DNA of 64,000 nucleotides from Candidatus Undinarchaeales archaeon (GCA_030753015.1 JASMDC010000003.1:32001-96000), one strand, 5' to 3'. Counted from the first letter of the stretch, positions 9,755-19,494 are shown. Notes: generated by a model not told the origin, from the sequence alone. Translations and numbers: made by a program.

Positions 9755-12700
9755 TCACTCGAGCGGTTTGAACATGCAGTTGTCGCAGGTGCAGAGGTTG
9801 AACACGGCTGTACATCCAGACCTGATCTCGACAGAGCATTCGGGATTGCATCCATCGCACTCAATGGCCAGTCGGCACTGGTCGTACCGGGTCGTGGACA
9901 GTATACGCACCTTCTCCTCTCCACCGCCGCCGGGGCTTGCTCGTAAGCGCCATGTCCGCGCTACGGTGTCCAGCCACTCTGCACTATTGACATCAATCGC
10001 GTTGAGCTCAACGACATGGTCGTTGGGCTCGAGGATGAGCGAGCCACCACCCTCTATTTCCTGGGACGTGCGTCGTGCACGCGCCTCGAAGGTGGTCCGA
10101 AGCGTCTCGTCGTCACCACGAAAGATCTCCAAGTTCGTGAAGACCTCGCGATGTACCGTGTTCAGGTCAGTGTCGCGTACGATCAGCTCGATGTTCCCCT
10201 GGAAGTTCGTGCCCATGTCGTTGCGGAGCTTCGCCCGCAAGGTCACATCCTCTCCATCGTACACCGACTCCGTCATTCTTCCCCCGCTATCAGCGAAGTC
10301 GATGCCCGTGAGGGTAAGATAAGGATTATGCACGACAAGGGCCAGTTCGGGGAACCGCTTGGCATCAAGTACGATCTCAGTGTAAATGAGGGACGGATCG
10401 TTGCGGTCCTTGACGACCACGGTCACATTGATGAACCCTCCCGCCATGTAGGTCCCGATGGATCCCAGCATCCCGGTCTTTATGGCTACCGGCTTATACG
10501 GCTCGAGAGCAGGATAATCGTTGTTGAACGTACCGGAGATATCGGTGCCCTGGAACTCAGCGAGATTGGCTATGATGGAGACCTGCTTGGTATCTGAGTA
10601 GGAGGAAACCACTTCCAGGATCGCTTCCACCGAGTCGCCCGGGTAAGCGTCCGTCGACCGCAGGTCGTTGATAAAGAACGCCGCATCCATGACCGAGATT
10701 GTGTTCGGTTCGGGTACGAAGATGCGGGGCATGACCTCGGACTCGACACGGTTTCCGGCGAAGAGGAGCGCAGCGTCCGCGAGCAGCACTTCGTTCTGCA
10801 TGGCCGCCGTCACCTCAAGCTCGAGGGAGATGTGACGTCGTGTGTCCGGGGACACGGAAATATCAGGGATCGTGCGGCTGAGGAGCGTCTGGGTCGATGT
10901 CCGGACCGTCAGCTGGAGCTCGCCGTTTGTTAGCGGATCGAGATAGTCAGTAATCTCGGCACGGAGCGTCAGTTTCTCGCCGACCTTTGCCACCCGGACC
11001 GGCTCACCGTCCGCGTCGAGCCACTCAAGGGCGGAGATGGATGGCTTCGGCCTCTTTGAGACGACGACCTCGTTACCGATGGGCACCTCCTCCAGAACAC
11101 CCTGGCAGCAGTATCCGCTGCTGCTGGTCGACGTGTGGCATTCGTCGATTTCGCCGCTGCCCTGCTCGTCGCAGTAGTCCTCAAGGCGCTCGATGGTGTC
11201 CTCGGACAACGCGGGCTCGCACCGAGCATCCTCCAGCACGAGCGGGAACAGGCCCGTTCGGCAGGCACAGCGCTTGCTGCTCGGCAGGCAGTACCCATCG
11301 GTACCGTGCTCTTGGAGACAGAGCGGCGAACAGGTATCGTCGACGGGGACCTCGCCATCGGGACACTCCTCGAGGTTGTACACGCACGAGCTATCACAGC
11401 ACAGACCCCGTCCCTCGTCGCATGCCACGCCATCGTTGCCAGCACATACTTCCTCGCCGCCGCCTTCACACGACTCTCGCTCGAGGAAGCATCGTCCGTT
11501 GCAGCACAGACCATCGCCGTCGGAGCACTCATCACCGTCATCGATACAGTCCTCTTCTTCCTCGATGACCTCCTCACAGCTCTCGCGGTCGGCGGTGCAC
11601 CACCCTTCGCAGCAGATGCCGTGATTGCCCGAGATCGTGTTGCACTGCGACTCATCCTCGCGGAGCTCACAGCAGGATGCCACGTTCTCGCAAGAGTCAT
11701 CGCAACAGATTCCGAACATGCACTGGCGCCCGTCCCGGACCCCGAGGCACTCCTCATCGATCTCCTCTTCACCCTCGAAGGGCAGCTCCTCCTCTCCCCC
11801 CTCATATGGTCCGCCGAGGGCGTCCGATGAAGCGGAGTAGAACAGACAGTCCGTGTCGTGCCACATGAAGTCGCCGGGGGAGGATGTCTTGAGGTTGTAA
11901 AGAGCGCAGCGGGTGATGATGCCGTACCGCCAGATGTACTTCTCGTAGTCGGGGGAGATGTCGTCCTCCTTGAACTGGTTCCAGGAGCAGGCGCGGTTGA
12001 TGATCATCTCCAGAGATGACGAGCGGGAGGCGTCATTGTAGAAGGACTTGGTCCACATCGACATCTCGTCAAGCTTCTCCTCGTAGTCCTCGAGGCTCCA
12101 CGACTCGCTACCGCCCGTGAGGCCGCCCTTGCCCACGTCGACCGAGTCGGCGGCCTGCCAGGACGCCTTCAGCCCCTCCAGTTCTTGTCGGATGTCGTTG
12201 TCGCAGGAGCCCGACACGGTGCAGGTGCGTGCCTTCTCCCGTAGCTTCTTGACCCACATGAGACCGGTCTTGAGGATCCCGCCGTCCTTGACCAGCTCGT
12301 TAGTGTATTTAGTTAGCTGGTTGACCTTGAAAGTGTAGGTCATGGGATCGTGGGTGTCACCGATCGAGAATAGGTCCGGTTCCACGGAACAGATGTCGTC
12401 GACGATGCCCGTGCGTTTCCCGCACTCCTTGGCCACCGACCATGTCGGGATCTGGAACGGGATGCCTATAGGTGAGGAGAATGGCTTGTTAATCTGGCAC
12501 TGGACGGGGATGAGCATGGAGGCAAGTGACGAGATCCAGCACACGGTGCAGGAGTTCCACCACAACTCGCCCGCCATCGGCGGGTATGGCGCATAAAGTG
12601 GTATCCCGAACAGGCACATCTCTCCGATGCCATGCTGGAGCAGTTCCTTGCCCTGCGCGAACACGCAGAACCCGGTCTGCACGCCCATGCCCACTTCGAT

Positions 12701-15700
12701 CACGACCAGGTTATTGAGTATGTTCTCATAGAATGTAATCGCGTTCTCGTAATACTTCACAGCGGTGTTGTAGTAGATGTAGAGGTTCGGATGCGCCTTC
12801 TCGGGACAGGCGATGAAATGCTTCATGAACTTGACGTCGCATGCCACGCCCGAGAGACAGAACGCCATGCACACGGCCTCGCCAGCAAGCTCCGCACCCA
12901 TCTGGCCCCACGAACCGCCACCGCCTGTGAGCTGGGAACCGACACCGCCGGGTGCGAAGAGCGCCGTGCACGTCATACGGATTCCATAGAGCGTAAGGAT
13001 GGCCTCGAGCTTACTGTCACCGGACTTGTCGCACCCCTCGAAGCAGGCCAGCCGCGCGGCCACGTCCTCGACGAAAGCGCACTGGCCCTTGCACCCTTGG
13101 CAGTCATCCATACAACCCCCCTTATCATAGGCAGAGAAGCACACCGCATCGCAGATGCCGTTGGTGATCTCTACCGCAAGGTCGTCGATGCACTGGGCCG
13201 CGCACTGCTTGAGGTCAGGGGCGGTCAGCGGGCACATCGTGCACTTCTGGCACACCTCCATGCACCCGGGTTCTCCCCCGCACAGCTCCTGACAGATGTC
13301 GAACAGGATGCCGTTTACACAGTCCTTTGTCCCTTCGAGGAGACACTCTTTGATTTCCCCGCCCTCCTTCCCTGCGCACTGGACGTTGGATCGGCAGCAG
13401 GTGATGCATGTCAGCGGATTGGGGAAGTTCGAGCAGAAGGCGTCGCACTCGATAAAGAGCGACTGTGCACCGATACAACCACCTAGACAAGCGAGGCGGT
13501 CACCTGCAGGTCGCCTGCAACACATACCGCATCCGAGGCACACCTCTTTGCACGACTCGTACGTGCCCTCGTCCCGCCCCTCACACGCTTGCTCGCACAG
13601 GCCGGTTATGAGAGGTGGGCACACACAGTCGAGGAAGCAGCGGTCCCGAGAGCGTTTCGTGTCCTTGAATAGGCACTCCGTACAGCCGCAGCATTGGTCG
13701 AAGCACGGGCCTGACGTCTCGCCCTGGCATACCCACGGGCACGACGCTTGGCAGATGTCCAGGGCGTTGATGCATCCCTCGTTCACTAGGCACTCACGTA
13801 CCTTGCGGGCACCACCCGCCCACAGGCACTTGGTGCATCCGAGGCACGCACCGATGTCGATACCCGCGCTGGCCTCGAGCTCCTCGCAGATGTTTGTGAT
13901 GATGATCCCCGACTTGTGGAAGAGACAGCCCGTGATGCACTCGGTCAGCTGCGCCGGCTCCATGTCACCGTTGCATCCGTACGGACATCCCTGGCAGACG
14001 ACGCAGGTTGACACGCAGCGGGTGAGCTCTTGGCCGGAGAGTCCCAGTTGGTCCTGGCAGACGGTGAGGCAGGGGATCTCCAGTGGATTCCAGCAGCTCT
14101 TCAGGCAGTTGTTGCGCTTCTCCTTCTCCTCGATGTCATAGCAGGCGAGGCATGAGTCGCACACATCGTAGCATGACTTCATCTTGAGGTTGTTGGAATA
14201 GTCCGCACAGTTCGGTGTGAGCTCGATGAGGCATTCCCCGTGCATGCAGATGCCCCGCCTGGTGGTGAGGTCGTCGAAGCACACCTTTCCGTCGGCCCCA
14301 TCCTGTTTGCATACGGATGGGACCTTGATGGTATGAGCTATACAGGCTGGGGGCCGCCCGCCCGGGTAGACGCACACACCGCTACCCGCCGAGCACCACA
14401 CCTTACGGCCACGCTCCTGCCGCTGCTGGGCAACGGAGCACTCCTCGCGCCCGTTCCCTCCCAGCTCCATGCACTTTCCCTTGAGGCACACGTGCCCGGT
14501 CGTCTCGCACAGGTACCCGTCCGGCGCGGGCTTCGTCTTCTTTGTCTTGGGGTCCTTGTAGGTGCATCCACTGGACTTGCCGTAGTGGCACTCGCCACCG
14601 AAGCAGAACCCGCTGGACCCGGACTTCTCGGGATCGGTGCAGGGCCGCCCTTCGCTGTTGGGCGCTTTACATGTGATAGGTATCTTTCGCGCGCGACGCA
14701 CGCACGCCAGCCCCCCACCGAACATCCGCTTGCAGTACTGGGGGGGTTTCTTACCTTTGCACTCGGACGGAGTGTTGGGCAGCATCAGGCATGTGCCCTT
14801 AGAGCGGTAGCAAGTAGAGCCCCCGCCGGTCGCTAGTTCGCAGCTCCACTGGCCGTTCTTCTCCGTACACACCCCCTTCTGGCCGCCCGAGGCGGTGCAT
14901 GTCATGCCCGATGTCCCAGACTTGCCGCAGTCGGCCTGGGTGAGGACCTTGCAGTACGCGCCCACTTCTACACCCGAGCTGAGGCCCGCCTGTACCCCTT
15001 CCATGCATACGCCCTCGGCGCCATCCGCGGTACGACAGGCGTGACCAGAGGTCAGCATAGTGCACTGGTCCTCCACGGCCTGGTACTTGCCTGCGCACTC
15101 TTGATAGTTATAATCGGCCAGCTTCATGCACCTGCTCTGGAAGCAGATGCCATCCTTGGAGCATCTGTCACCATCGGCCTTGCCGGTGCACGGATTCTTC
15201 GTGGCGGGCAGCACGGTCTGCACGAGCGAGTCGAGCTTGTCGCCCAACGCGTCCACTGAGCATCCGATGGGCGTATGACAAGCTATCTTGCACCCGAGCT
15301 CGAAGGCACACTTCTGGAGGCACGTCGTACGCTCCTCCTTCGGGCCGAAGAAGCAGAACGTACACTTCTGACAGAGGTCTGTGCACACACCCACCTTCAT
15401 GCTTGGTTCGCACTGTGGATCGGAAATCGTGACCTCAGAGTAGGTCTCGGTCACCGTAGTAACGCCCGACTCCGGATCGTAGTCCTCGTACTTACTGTCC
15501 TGCTGATATCCAAGGTGGATGTCGCCTCCGAAGAGGTTGCTATCACCGAATGCAACATCAGCGAAGTTCTCGCACGCGATGGTGCACACCGCGCCCCCCA
15601 GGCAGTTCATAAGTAGGCATCGCCCGACCGCCTCGCCCCAGCTCTCGTCACCCTGTGGCTTGGCGAGCAGGCAGTACGCGCAGTTCTGGCAGATGAAGTT

Positions 15701-16954
15701 ACCGCGGTCCTCGCAATTGTCCTTATTGATCTCGACCCCCATGAACTCTACTTTATCCTTCATGTTCTTGCACATGACGTTCTTGACGATGAGCGGGCAA
15801 ACCTCGTACTGGAGTATGCAGGTGATGGTGCAGTTGAGGATCTTTTCCCCGTCCCAGATGAACTTCTTCTTCTTCACGTCGTAGTAGAAACCCTCGTTGA
15901 TACACTCGCCGCACTTGTAACAGATATCGAGGCAGGATGACTCATCGATGTCCACCGGCTCGTCGGACATCTTCTGGATGAGGGCGTCACCACCAGTGCA
16001 GATACCGGCACACATGGGGCCGATGATGAGCGCGCGGACGCCACAGGCCATGAAGCAGTTGGTTTGTTCCTGCTTACCATCCACGATGATGCACTCGCAA
16101 CAGTCCTCCACCAGTGCGTTGCACTCGTACTCCACCTGCACCTGCAGCGCCTTCTTCTGTGGGATGAAAGAGAATATCCCCTCCATCATGTTCTCGCAGA
16201 CCTCCCCCAGGAGTGGGGCTGCAAGCGTCTTGCACATGCATTTGCTGATGAGGCACTTGTTGAAGACCTCTTTCCGTCCCTTCGAGGTCTTGGGGCCACC
16301 TGAGGTGGGTATCAGCGTCAAGAGGCACTGACCACAGTTCTTGCATACGTTGAAGAGCAGTTCGTTATTACTCCGACAGGGCGCCTCGCATCCCATGATG
16401 TCCTCACAGACCTCGGAGAGGATTAGGTCACCTAGACAATGCTCGACCCAGCAATTGCTCTCCTTCGAATCACCGCCTGAGCCCGAGTCCGTGATGAAGC
16501 AGTCCAGGCACCCGCAACCGATCTCAACGCACTCGTCCGTGCGGACCCTGGGTATCCACGAGGATATGGCGTACTGGCAGGGGGGCTTGAGGATCATGTC
16601 GCAAAAGGGCTTGCCCAGGCACCGGATAAGGCAGGAAGTTCTCTTGCCCTCGGGCTCCAGGGCGCACTTCACGCACTCGATACGGGTGCAGAGCTTAGTG
16701 AGGAAGGGATCGCCACCGCACAGCTCCTTGCACAGGGGATTGATGATGGCCAGCAGCTGACGGATGACGCATTCCTGAAGACATTCACTGCGGGCTCCCG
16801 AGTCACTGATGCGAATGCACTCACCGCACTCGTAGCACATGTCGAGCATCTCGTCGCCCTTGATCGTGAAGTACTTACCAGAGGATGCCGTTGTGGGAAG
16901 GAGGAAGAGAAGGAACAGTACGAGCACCGCCATCCTCCCTCGTAAAGCTACCAA
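9755..16954 (-). CDS. Giant secreted Cys-rich protein (2399 aa) with C-terminal Ig-like domains and terminal Cys module, no TM anchor
   Basis: Signal peptide MAVLVLFLLFLLPTTASS; about 16 CxxxC..CxxCxxC..CxxxC repeats in two blocks; DG-x2-C repeats; three beta-rich Ig/CARDB-like domains; ends CRLAIECDGCNPECSVEIRSGCTAVFNLCTCDNC. Start TTG 16954 or ATG 16933. Confidence 0.9.
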   Translation of the reverse strand: MVALRGRMAVLVLFLLFLLPTTASSGKYFTIKGDEMLDMCYECGECIRISDSGARSECLQECVIRQLLAIINPLCKELCGGDPFLTKLCTRIECVKCALEPEGKRTSCLIRCLGKPFCDMILKPPCQYAISSWIPRVRTDECVEIGCGCLDCFITDSGSGGDSKESNCWVEHCLGDLILSEVCEDIMGCEAPCRSNNELLFNVCKNCGQCLLTLIPTSGGPKTSKGRKEVFNKCLISKCMCKTLAAPLLGEVCENMMEGIFSFIPQKKALQVQVEYECNALVEDCCECIIVDGKQEQTNCFMACGVRALIIGPMCAGICTGGDALIQKMSDEPVDIDESSCLDICYKCGECINEGFYYDVKKKKFIWDGEKILNCTITCILQYEVCPLIVKNVMCKNMKDKVEFMGVEINKDNCEDRGNFICQNCAYCLLAKPQGDESWGEAVGRCLLMNCLGGAVCTIACENFADVAFGDSNLFGGDIHLGYQQDSKYEDYDPESGVTTVTETYSEVTISDPQCEPSMKVGVCTDLCQKCTFCFFGPKEERTTCLQKCAFELGCKIACHTPIGCSVDALGDKLDSLVQTVLPATKNPCTGKADGDRCSKDGICFQSRCMKLADYNYQECAGKYQAVEDQCTMLTSGHACRTADGAEGVCMEGVQAGLSSGVEVGAYCKVLTQADCGKSGTSGMTCTASGGQKGVCTEKNGQWSCELATGGGSTCYRSKGTCLMLPNTPSECKGKKPPQYCKRMFGGGLACVRRARKIPITCKAPNSEGRPCTDPEKSGSSGFCFGGECHYGKSSGCTYKDPKTKKTKPAPDGYLCETTGHVCLKGKCMELGGNGREECSVAQQRQERGRKVWCSAGSGVCVYPGGRPPACIAHTIKVPSVCKQDGADGKVCFDDLTTRRGICMHGECLIELTPNCADYSNNLKMKSCYDVCDSCLACYDIEEKEKRNNCLKSCWNPLEIPCLTVCQDQLGLSGQELTRCVSTCVVCQGCPYGCNGDMEPAQLTECITGCLFHKSGIIITNICEELEASAGIDIGACLGCTKCLWAGGARKVRECLVNEGCINALDICQASCPWVCQGETSGPCFDQCCGCTECLFKDTKRSRDRCFLDCVCPPLITGLCEQACEGRDEGTYESCKEVCLGCGMCCRRPAGDRLACLGGCIGAQSLFIECDAFCSNFPNPLTCITCCRSNVQCAGKEGGEIKECLLEGTKDCVNGILFDICQELCGGEPGCMEVCQKCTMCPLTAPDLKQCAAQCIDDLAVEITNGICDAVCFSAYDKGGCMDDCQGCKGQCAFVEDVAARLACFEGCDKSGDSKLEAILTLYGIRMTCTALFAPGGVGSQLTGGGGSWGQMGAELAGEAVCMAFCLSGVACDVKFMKHFIACPEKAHPNLYIYYNTAVKYYENAITFYENILNNLVVIEVGMGVQTGFCVFAQGKELLQHGIGEMCLFGIPLYAPYPPMAGELWWNSCTVCWISSLASMLIPVQCQINKPFSSPIGIPFQIPTWSVAKECGKRTGIVDDICSVEPDLFSIGDTHDPMTYTFKVNQLTKYTNELVKDGGILKTGLMWVKKLREKARTCTVSGSCDNDIRQELEGLKASWQAADSVDVGKGGLTGGSESWSLEDYEEKLDEMSMWTKSFYNDASRSSSLEMIINRACSWNQFKEDDISPDYEKYIWRYGIITRCALYNLKTSSPGDFMWHDTDCLFYSASSDALGGPYEGGEEELPFEGEEEIDEECLGVRDGRQCMFGICCDDSCENVASCCELREDESQCNTISGNHGICCEGWCTADRESCEEVIEEEEDCIDDGDECSDGDGLCCNGRCFLERESCEGGGEEVCAGNDGVACDEGRGLCCDSSCVYNLEECPDGEVPVDDTCSPLCLQEHGTDGYCLPSSKRCACRTGLFPLVLEDARCEPALSEDTIERLEDYCDEQGSGEIDECHTSTSSSGYCCQGVLEEVPIGNEVVVSKRPKPSISALEWLDADGEPVRVAKVGEKLTLRAEITDYLDPLTNGELQLTVRTSTQTLLSRTIPDISVSPDTRRHISLELEVTAAMQNEVLLADAALLFAGNRVESEVMPRIFVPEPNTISVMDAAFFINDLRSTDAYPGDSVEAILEVVSSYSDTKQVSIIANLAEFQGTDISGTFNNDYPALEPYKPVAIKTGMLGSIGTYMAGGFINVTVVVKDRNDPSLIYTEIVLDAKRFPELALVVHNPYLTLTGIDFADSGGRMTESVYDGEDVTLRAKLRNDMGTNFQGNIELIVRDTDLNTVHREVFTNLEIFRGDDETLRTTFEARARRTSQEIEGGGSLILEPNDHVVELNAIDVNSAEWLDTVARTWRLRASPGGGGEEKVRILSTTRYDQCRLAIECDGCNPECSVEIRSGCTAVFNLCTCDNCMFKPLE

Positions 16955-17035
16955 AACTTTCCCCTCAGGCGAGACGCAAAACAGCTCTCGCTGACCAGTA
17001 TAGGATTATTCATTTGCACGCTTTAAACCTTTGGT

Positions 17036-18031
17036 TCACGAGCGCGAAGGGGGGTCTGTATGGGCGGAATAACCGTCGGTCCCGGCGAGCGCTTCGGAAG
17101 TACTCCCGTCGGCACCCACGACACGCACGGGACCGCGTGTGACAAGGCCTATGTCCGCTGACCTGATGCCTCGTTCGGCAAGTGCCTCCTTCGCATCGGT
17201 GGCATCATCAGCTGTACAGAACGCGATCAGTGCCCCTGTTGATGATGTCGTACAGGGATCGATGTTGAACGCCCCCAACACTTTAGCCACGTCAGGATCT
17301 ACGATCAGGGCGCCCTCCTGCAGATCGGCCCCAAGCCCCGTGGCCACCCTCATCTCATCGAGTGCACCAAAGAGCCCGCCCTCAGTAAGGTCGTGCATGC
17401 AGACCGCCCAAGGACCAAGCAGGTGTGCCTCTGCCACACAGGTCGCTTCCCTTACTGTTCCTCGAAGGATCCCTGCACGCTCGGTACCCAGGACCGACTC
17501 GATGGATTCCTGTCGGCTCAAGGCGAGGTGGCACGCGGTCTCGCCGCCAAGCCCCTTGATGAGCAGGATATGCATCCCGGGACGGATGTTCGCGGGGGAT
17601 AGGAGCCGTTCGGTGAATCCCAGGACCGTGGTGACAACCACAGGCTCCGCCAGAGCGGGATAGACACCGGAGTGACCACCGATGATGGAGATGCCCAGGT
17701 CACGACAGGCCGTATCCATTTGTGAGGTGATGGTATCCAGCACCGCTACGTCTGATTCCGGAGGGAGGAGTATGTCCGAGACCAGATACTGTGGTGTGGC
17801 CCCGAACACGGCAACATCGCTGGCGGAATAGTGGACCGCTAGATAGCCCAGATGGTCCAGCGACACCCCTAGTGCAGGATCGCTGGCGATGACGAGGAAA
17901 CGGTCACCAAGGTCCAACGCACAGGCATCGTGTCCGGGGGCAGGGGGCGCTGCCAACGCGTCCGCCGGCGCACCGAGCCTTCCGAGCACGTAACGTGCCA
18001 AAAGGTCGGGGGGGAGCTTTCCCACGTCCAC
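17036..18031 (-). CDS. AIR synthase-related (HypE/PurM-like) family protein
   Basis: GKLPPDLL start, GHDACA, ASDP, SDVAVFGATP, IIGGHS and MHDLTEGGLFGAL motifs. Start moved to GTG 18031. Confidence 0.85.
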   Translation of the reverse strand: MDVGKLPPDLLARYVLGRLGAPADALAAPPAPGHDACALDLGDRFLVIASDPALGVSLDHLGYLAVHYSASDVAVFGATPQYLVSDILLPPESDVAVLDTITSQMDTACRDLGISIIGGHSGVYPALAEPVVVTTVLGFTERLLSPANIRPGMHILLIKGLGGETACHLALSRQESIESVLGTERAGILRGTVREATCVAEAHLLGPWAVCMHDLTEGGLFGALDEMRVATGLGADLQEGALIVDPDVAKVLGAFNIDPCTTSSTGALIAFCTADDATDAKEALAERGIRSADIGLVTRGPVRVVGADGSTSEALAGTDGYSAHTDPPSRS

Positions 18032-18048
18032 AGTCCCCTGACCCACGC

Positions 18049-18062
18049 AAGATATATAAGGG
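18049..18062. promoter_or_regulatory. TATA element between divergent AIRS-like and HAD genes
   Basis: GATATATAAG at 18051-18060 in a 67-bp divergent gap. Confidence 0.5.
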
Positions 18063-18098
18063 CGGGGGAGGGCGAGGCATTGGCAGGGGACGTAGATA

Positions 18099-18863
18099 GT
18101 GTACGACATGCTGTTCGATGACGGGTACAGGGTGGATGCCCTGGTGACCGATTTCGACAGCACGCTCACCGTCAATAACACGACACCCGGTGTTCTGGAG
18201 ATCATCTACCGACATGCAGAGGAACCTGACACGACCCGCGAGGAGATGGGCGAGCTAGTTGGCGCATACTTCGCAGAAAGGCGGGAGGCCATCGAGGGCG
18301 GAGGGAACATGGAAGAGATGCTCGAACGCTGGAGCCGGGTCGAGCGCAAGTACTCGGCCATCATAGCATCCTACTTCACGGGCGTCACACGGGAAGAGAT
18401 GAAAGAGGAGGGGTATAGCGTAGAGCTCCGCGAGCACGCGGGGCAGGCGGTGGAACATCTTAGAGAAGCCGGCGTGTCCGTTGCTGTCGATACGAACAAC
18501 TGGTCCTCTTCACTGGTAACTGCAGCACTTGAGGATCGCGTGTCCGTGGACGACGTCTACGCGAACACCCTTGTGTACGGGGACGACGACGCATGCACGG
18601 GCGAGATGATTTTCGACAACGTCGATCCCCTGGCGAAGCGCGATGCGTTGCTCGATTACAAGCAGAAGAGCGGTGCACGACAGGTTGCCTATGTCGGTGA
18701 CGGCCTCAACGACCTTGCCTGCATGGCGGCAGCGGACATCGCTTTCGCCATCAAGCCATCGGACGAGCTCTTGGACGCCATTCAAGACTATGGTCTTGAG
18801 GACCAGGTCAGGGTAGTCGAGTCCTGGGATGAGATCGAGTTAACTTTGCGCACCGACAAGTGA
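18099..18863 (+). CDS. HAD-IB family phosphatase (phosphoserine phosphatase-like)
   Basis: Motif I DFDSTLT, motif III Lys, motif IV YVGDGLNDL. Confidence 0.85.
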   Translation: MYDMLFDDGYRVDALVTDFDSTLTVNNTTPGVLEIIYRHAEEPDTTREEMGELVGAYFAERREAIEGGGNMEEMLERWSRVERKYSAIIASYFTGVTREEMKEEGYSVELREHAGQAVEHLREAGVSVAVDTNNWSSSLVTAALEDRVSVDDVYANTLVYGDDDACTGEMIFDNVDPLAKRDALLDYKQKSGARQVAYVGDGLNDLACMAAADIAFAIKPSDELLDAIQDYGLEDQVRVVESWDEIELTLRTDK

Positions 18864-18921
18864 TTGCCCTGAAGCGGGCCGTATCCACATATAATGAAAT
18901 ATTGACATGGATGGGGCAATT

Positions 18922-18975
18922 ATACCAGTAAATTAGGGGGTCAGTACATCGGGTGACCGTCTAATTTACTGATAT
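18922..18975. repeat. Long imperfect inverted repeat / hairpin
   Basis: CAGTAAATTAG (18926-18936) and CTAATTTACTG (18961-18971) are perfect inverted arms, extended inward by GGTCA/TGACC. Confidence 0.75.
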
Positions 18976-19045
18976 TAGCGCCGCTTCCCTTTTACCATCT
19001 CATCCGCCCTCCCCCGGAGAAATCCTTAAAAAAAATCGTTGACCG

Positions 19046-19174
19046 ATGATGACCGTGGAGTCATACGCCCATATCGACTTCATCAAGGACTTCGATAGCT
19101 ACTTTGCTACCGATGGGATTGAACTCAACGAGAACCTCAACGACCAGTGGGCGAGCTGGATGATCTACTTCTAA
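19046..19174 (+). CDS. Small 42-aa acidic/aromatic protein
   Basis: MMTVESYAHIDFIKDFDSYFATDGIELNENLNDQWASWMIYF; host-like C-ending codons; TTAAAAAAAAA just upstream; below the ORF-track cutoff. Confidence 0.5.
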   Translation: MMTVESYAHIDFIKDFDSYFATDGIELNENLNDQWASWMIYF

Positions 19175-19229
19175 GGTCCGCGAAAGCGCCTCCTTGCACG
19201 TATTCACCCTGCGAAATGGAGTGCTGGCC

Positions 19230-19243
19230 AACAAACTATATAA
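19230..19243 (+). promoter_or_regulatory. BRE/TATA promoter of the pilin-like array
   Basis: CAAAC-TATATAA about 31 nt upstream of ATG 19274. Confidence 0.6.
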
Positions 19244-19273
19244 GGAGCCATGGGCACATCAATCTACAGGGAC

Positions 19274-19489
19274 ATGGCGACGCCATTGTCACGTCTGATG
19301 CGGGCGAACCGCGGGGAGGAGGAGCAATCCCTCCTGCTGGTAATCATCGTGGCAGTGATGGTTTTCGCCGTGCTCTGGCTCGCCATCGCAAAGTCGGGCC
19401 GAGCGGTCGCCCTGGTGTTCGCAGGTTTCTTCAAGATGATCTGGAGCACCATCAAGGGGATGACCGGGATGGATTACCTGTTCAGGTGA
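19274..19489 (+). CDS. Small type IV prepilin-like protein 1 (class III signal peptide)
   Basis: MATPLSRLMRANRG|EEEQSLLLVIIVAVMVFAVLWLAIA. Confidence 0.75.
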   Translation: MATPLSRLMRANRGEEEQSLLLVIIVAVMVFAVLWLAIAKSGRAVALVFAGFFKMIWSTIKGMTGMDYLFR

Positions 19490-19494
19490 AGGGC

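Noticed and set aside
13030-16850. CxxxCxxC motifs as radical SAM or ferredoxin sites
   Set aside because: They are tandem repeats in a secreted protein, with no TIM barrel and no conserved CxxCxxCxxxCP pattern.
4709-16954. Giant proteins as multiheme cytochromes
   Set aside because: Only one CxxCH (CGRCH) was found among hundreds of Cys; His is not conserved after CxxC in the repeats.
17036-18031. Bona fide hypE or thiL call
   Set aside because: No hydrogenase context and no C-terminal PRIC motif; only the family-level AIRS call is supported.
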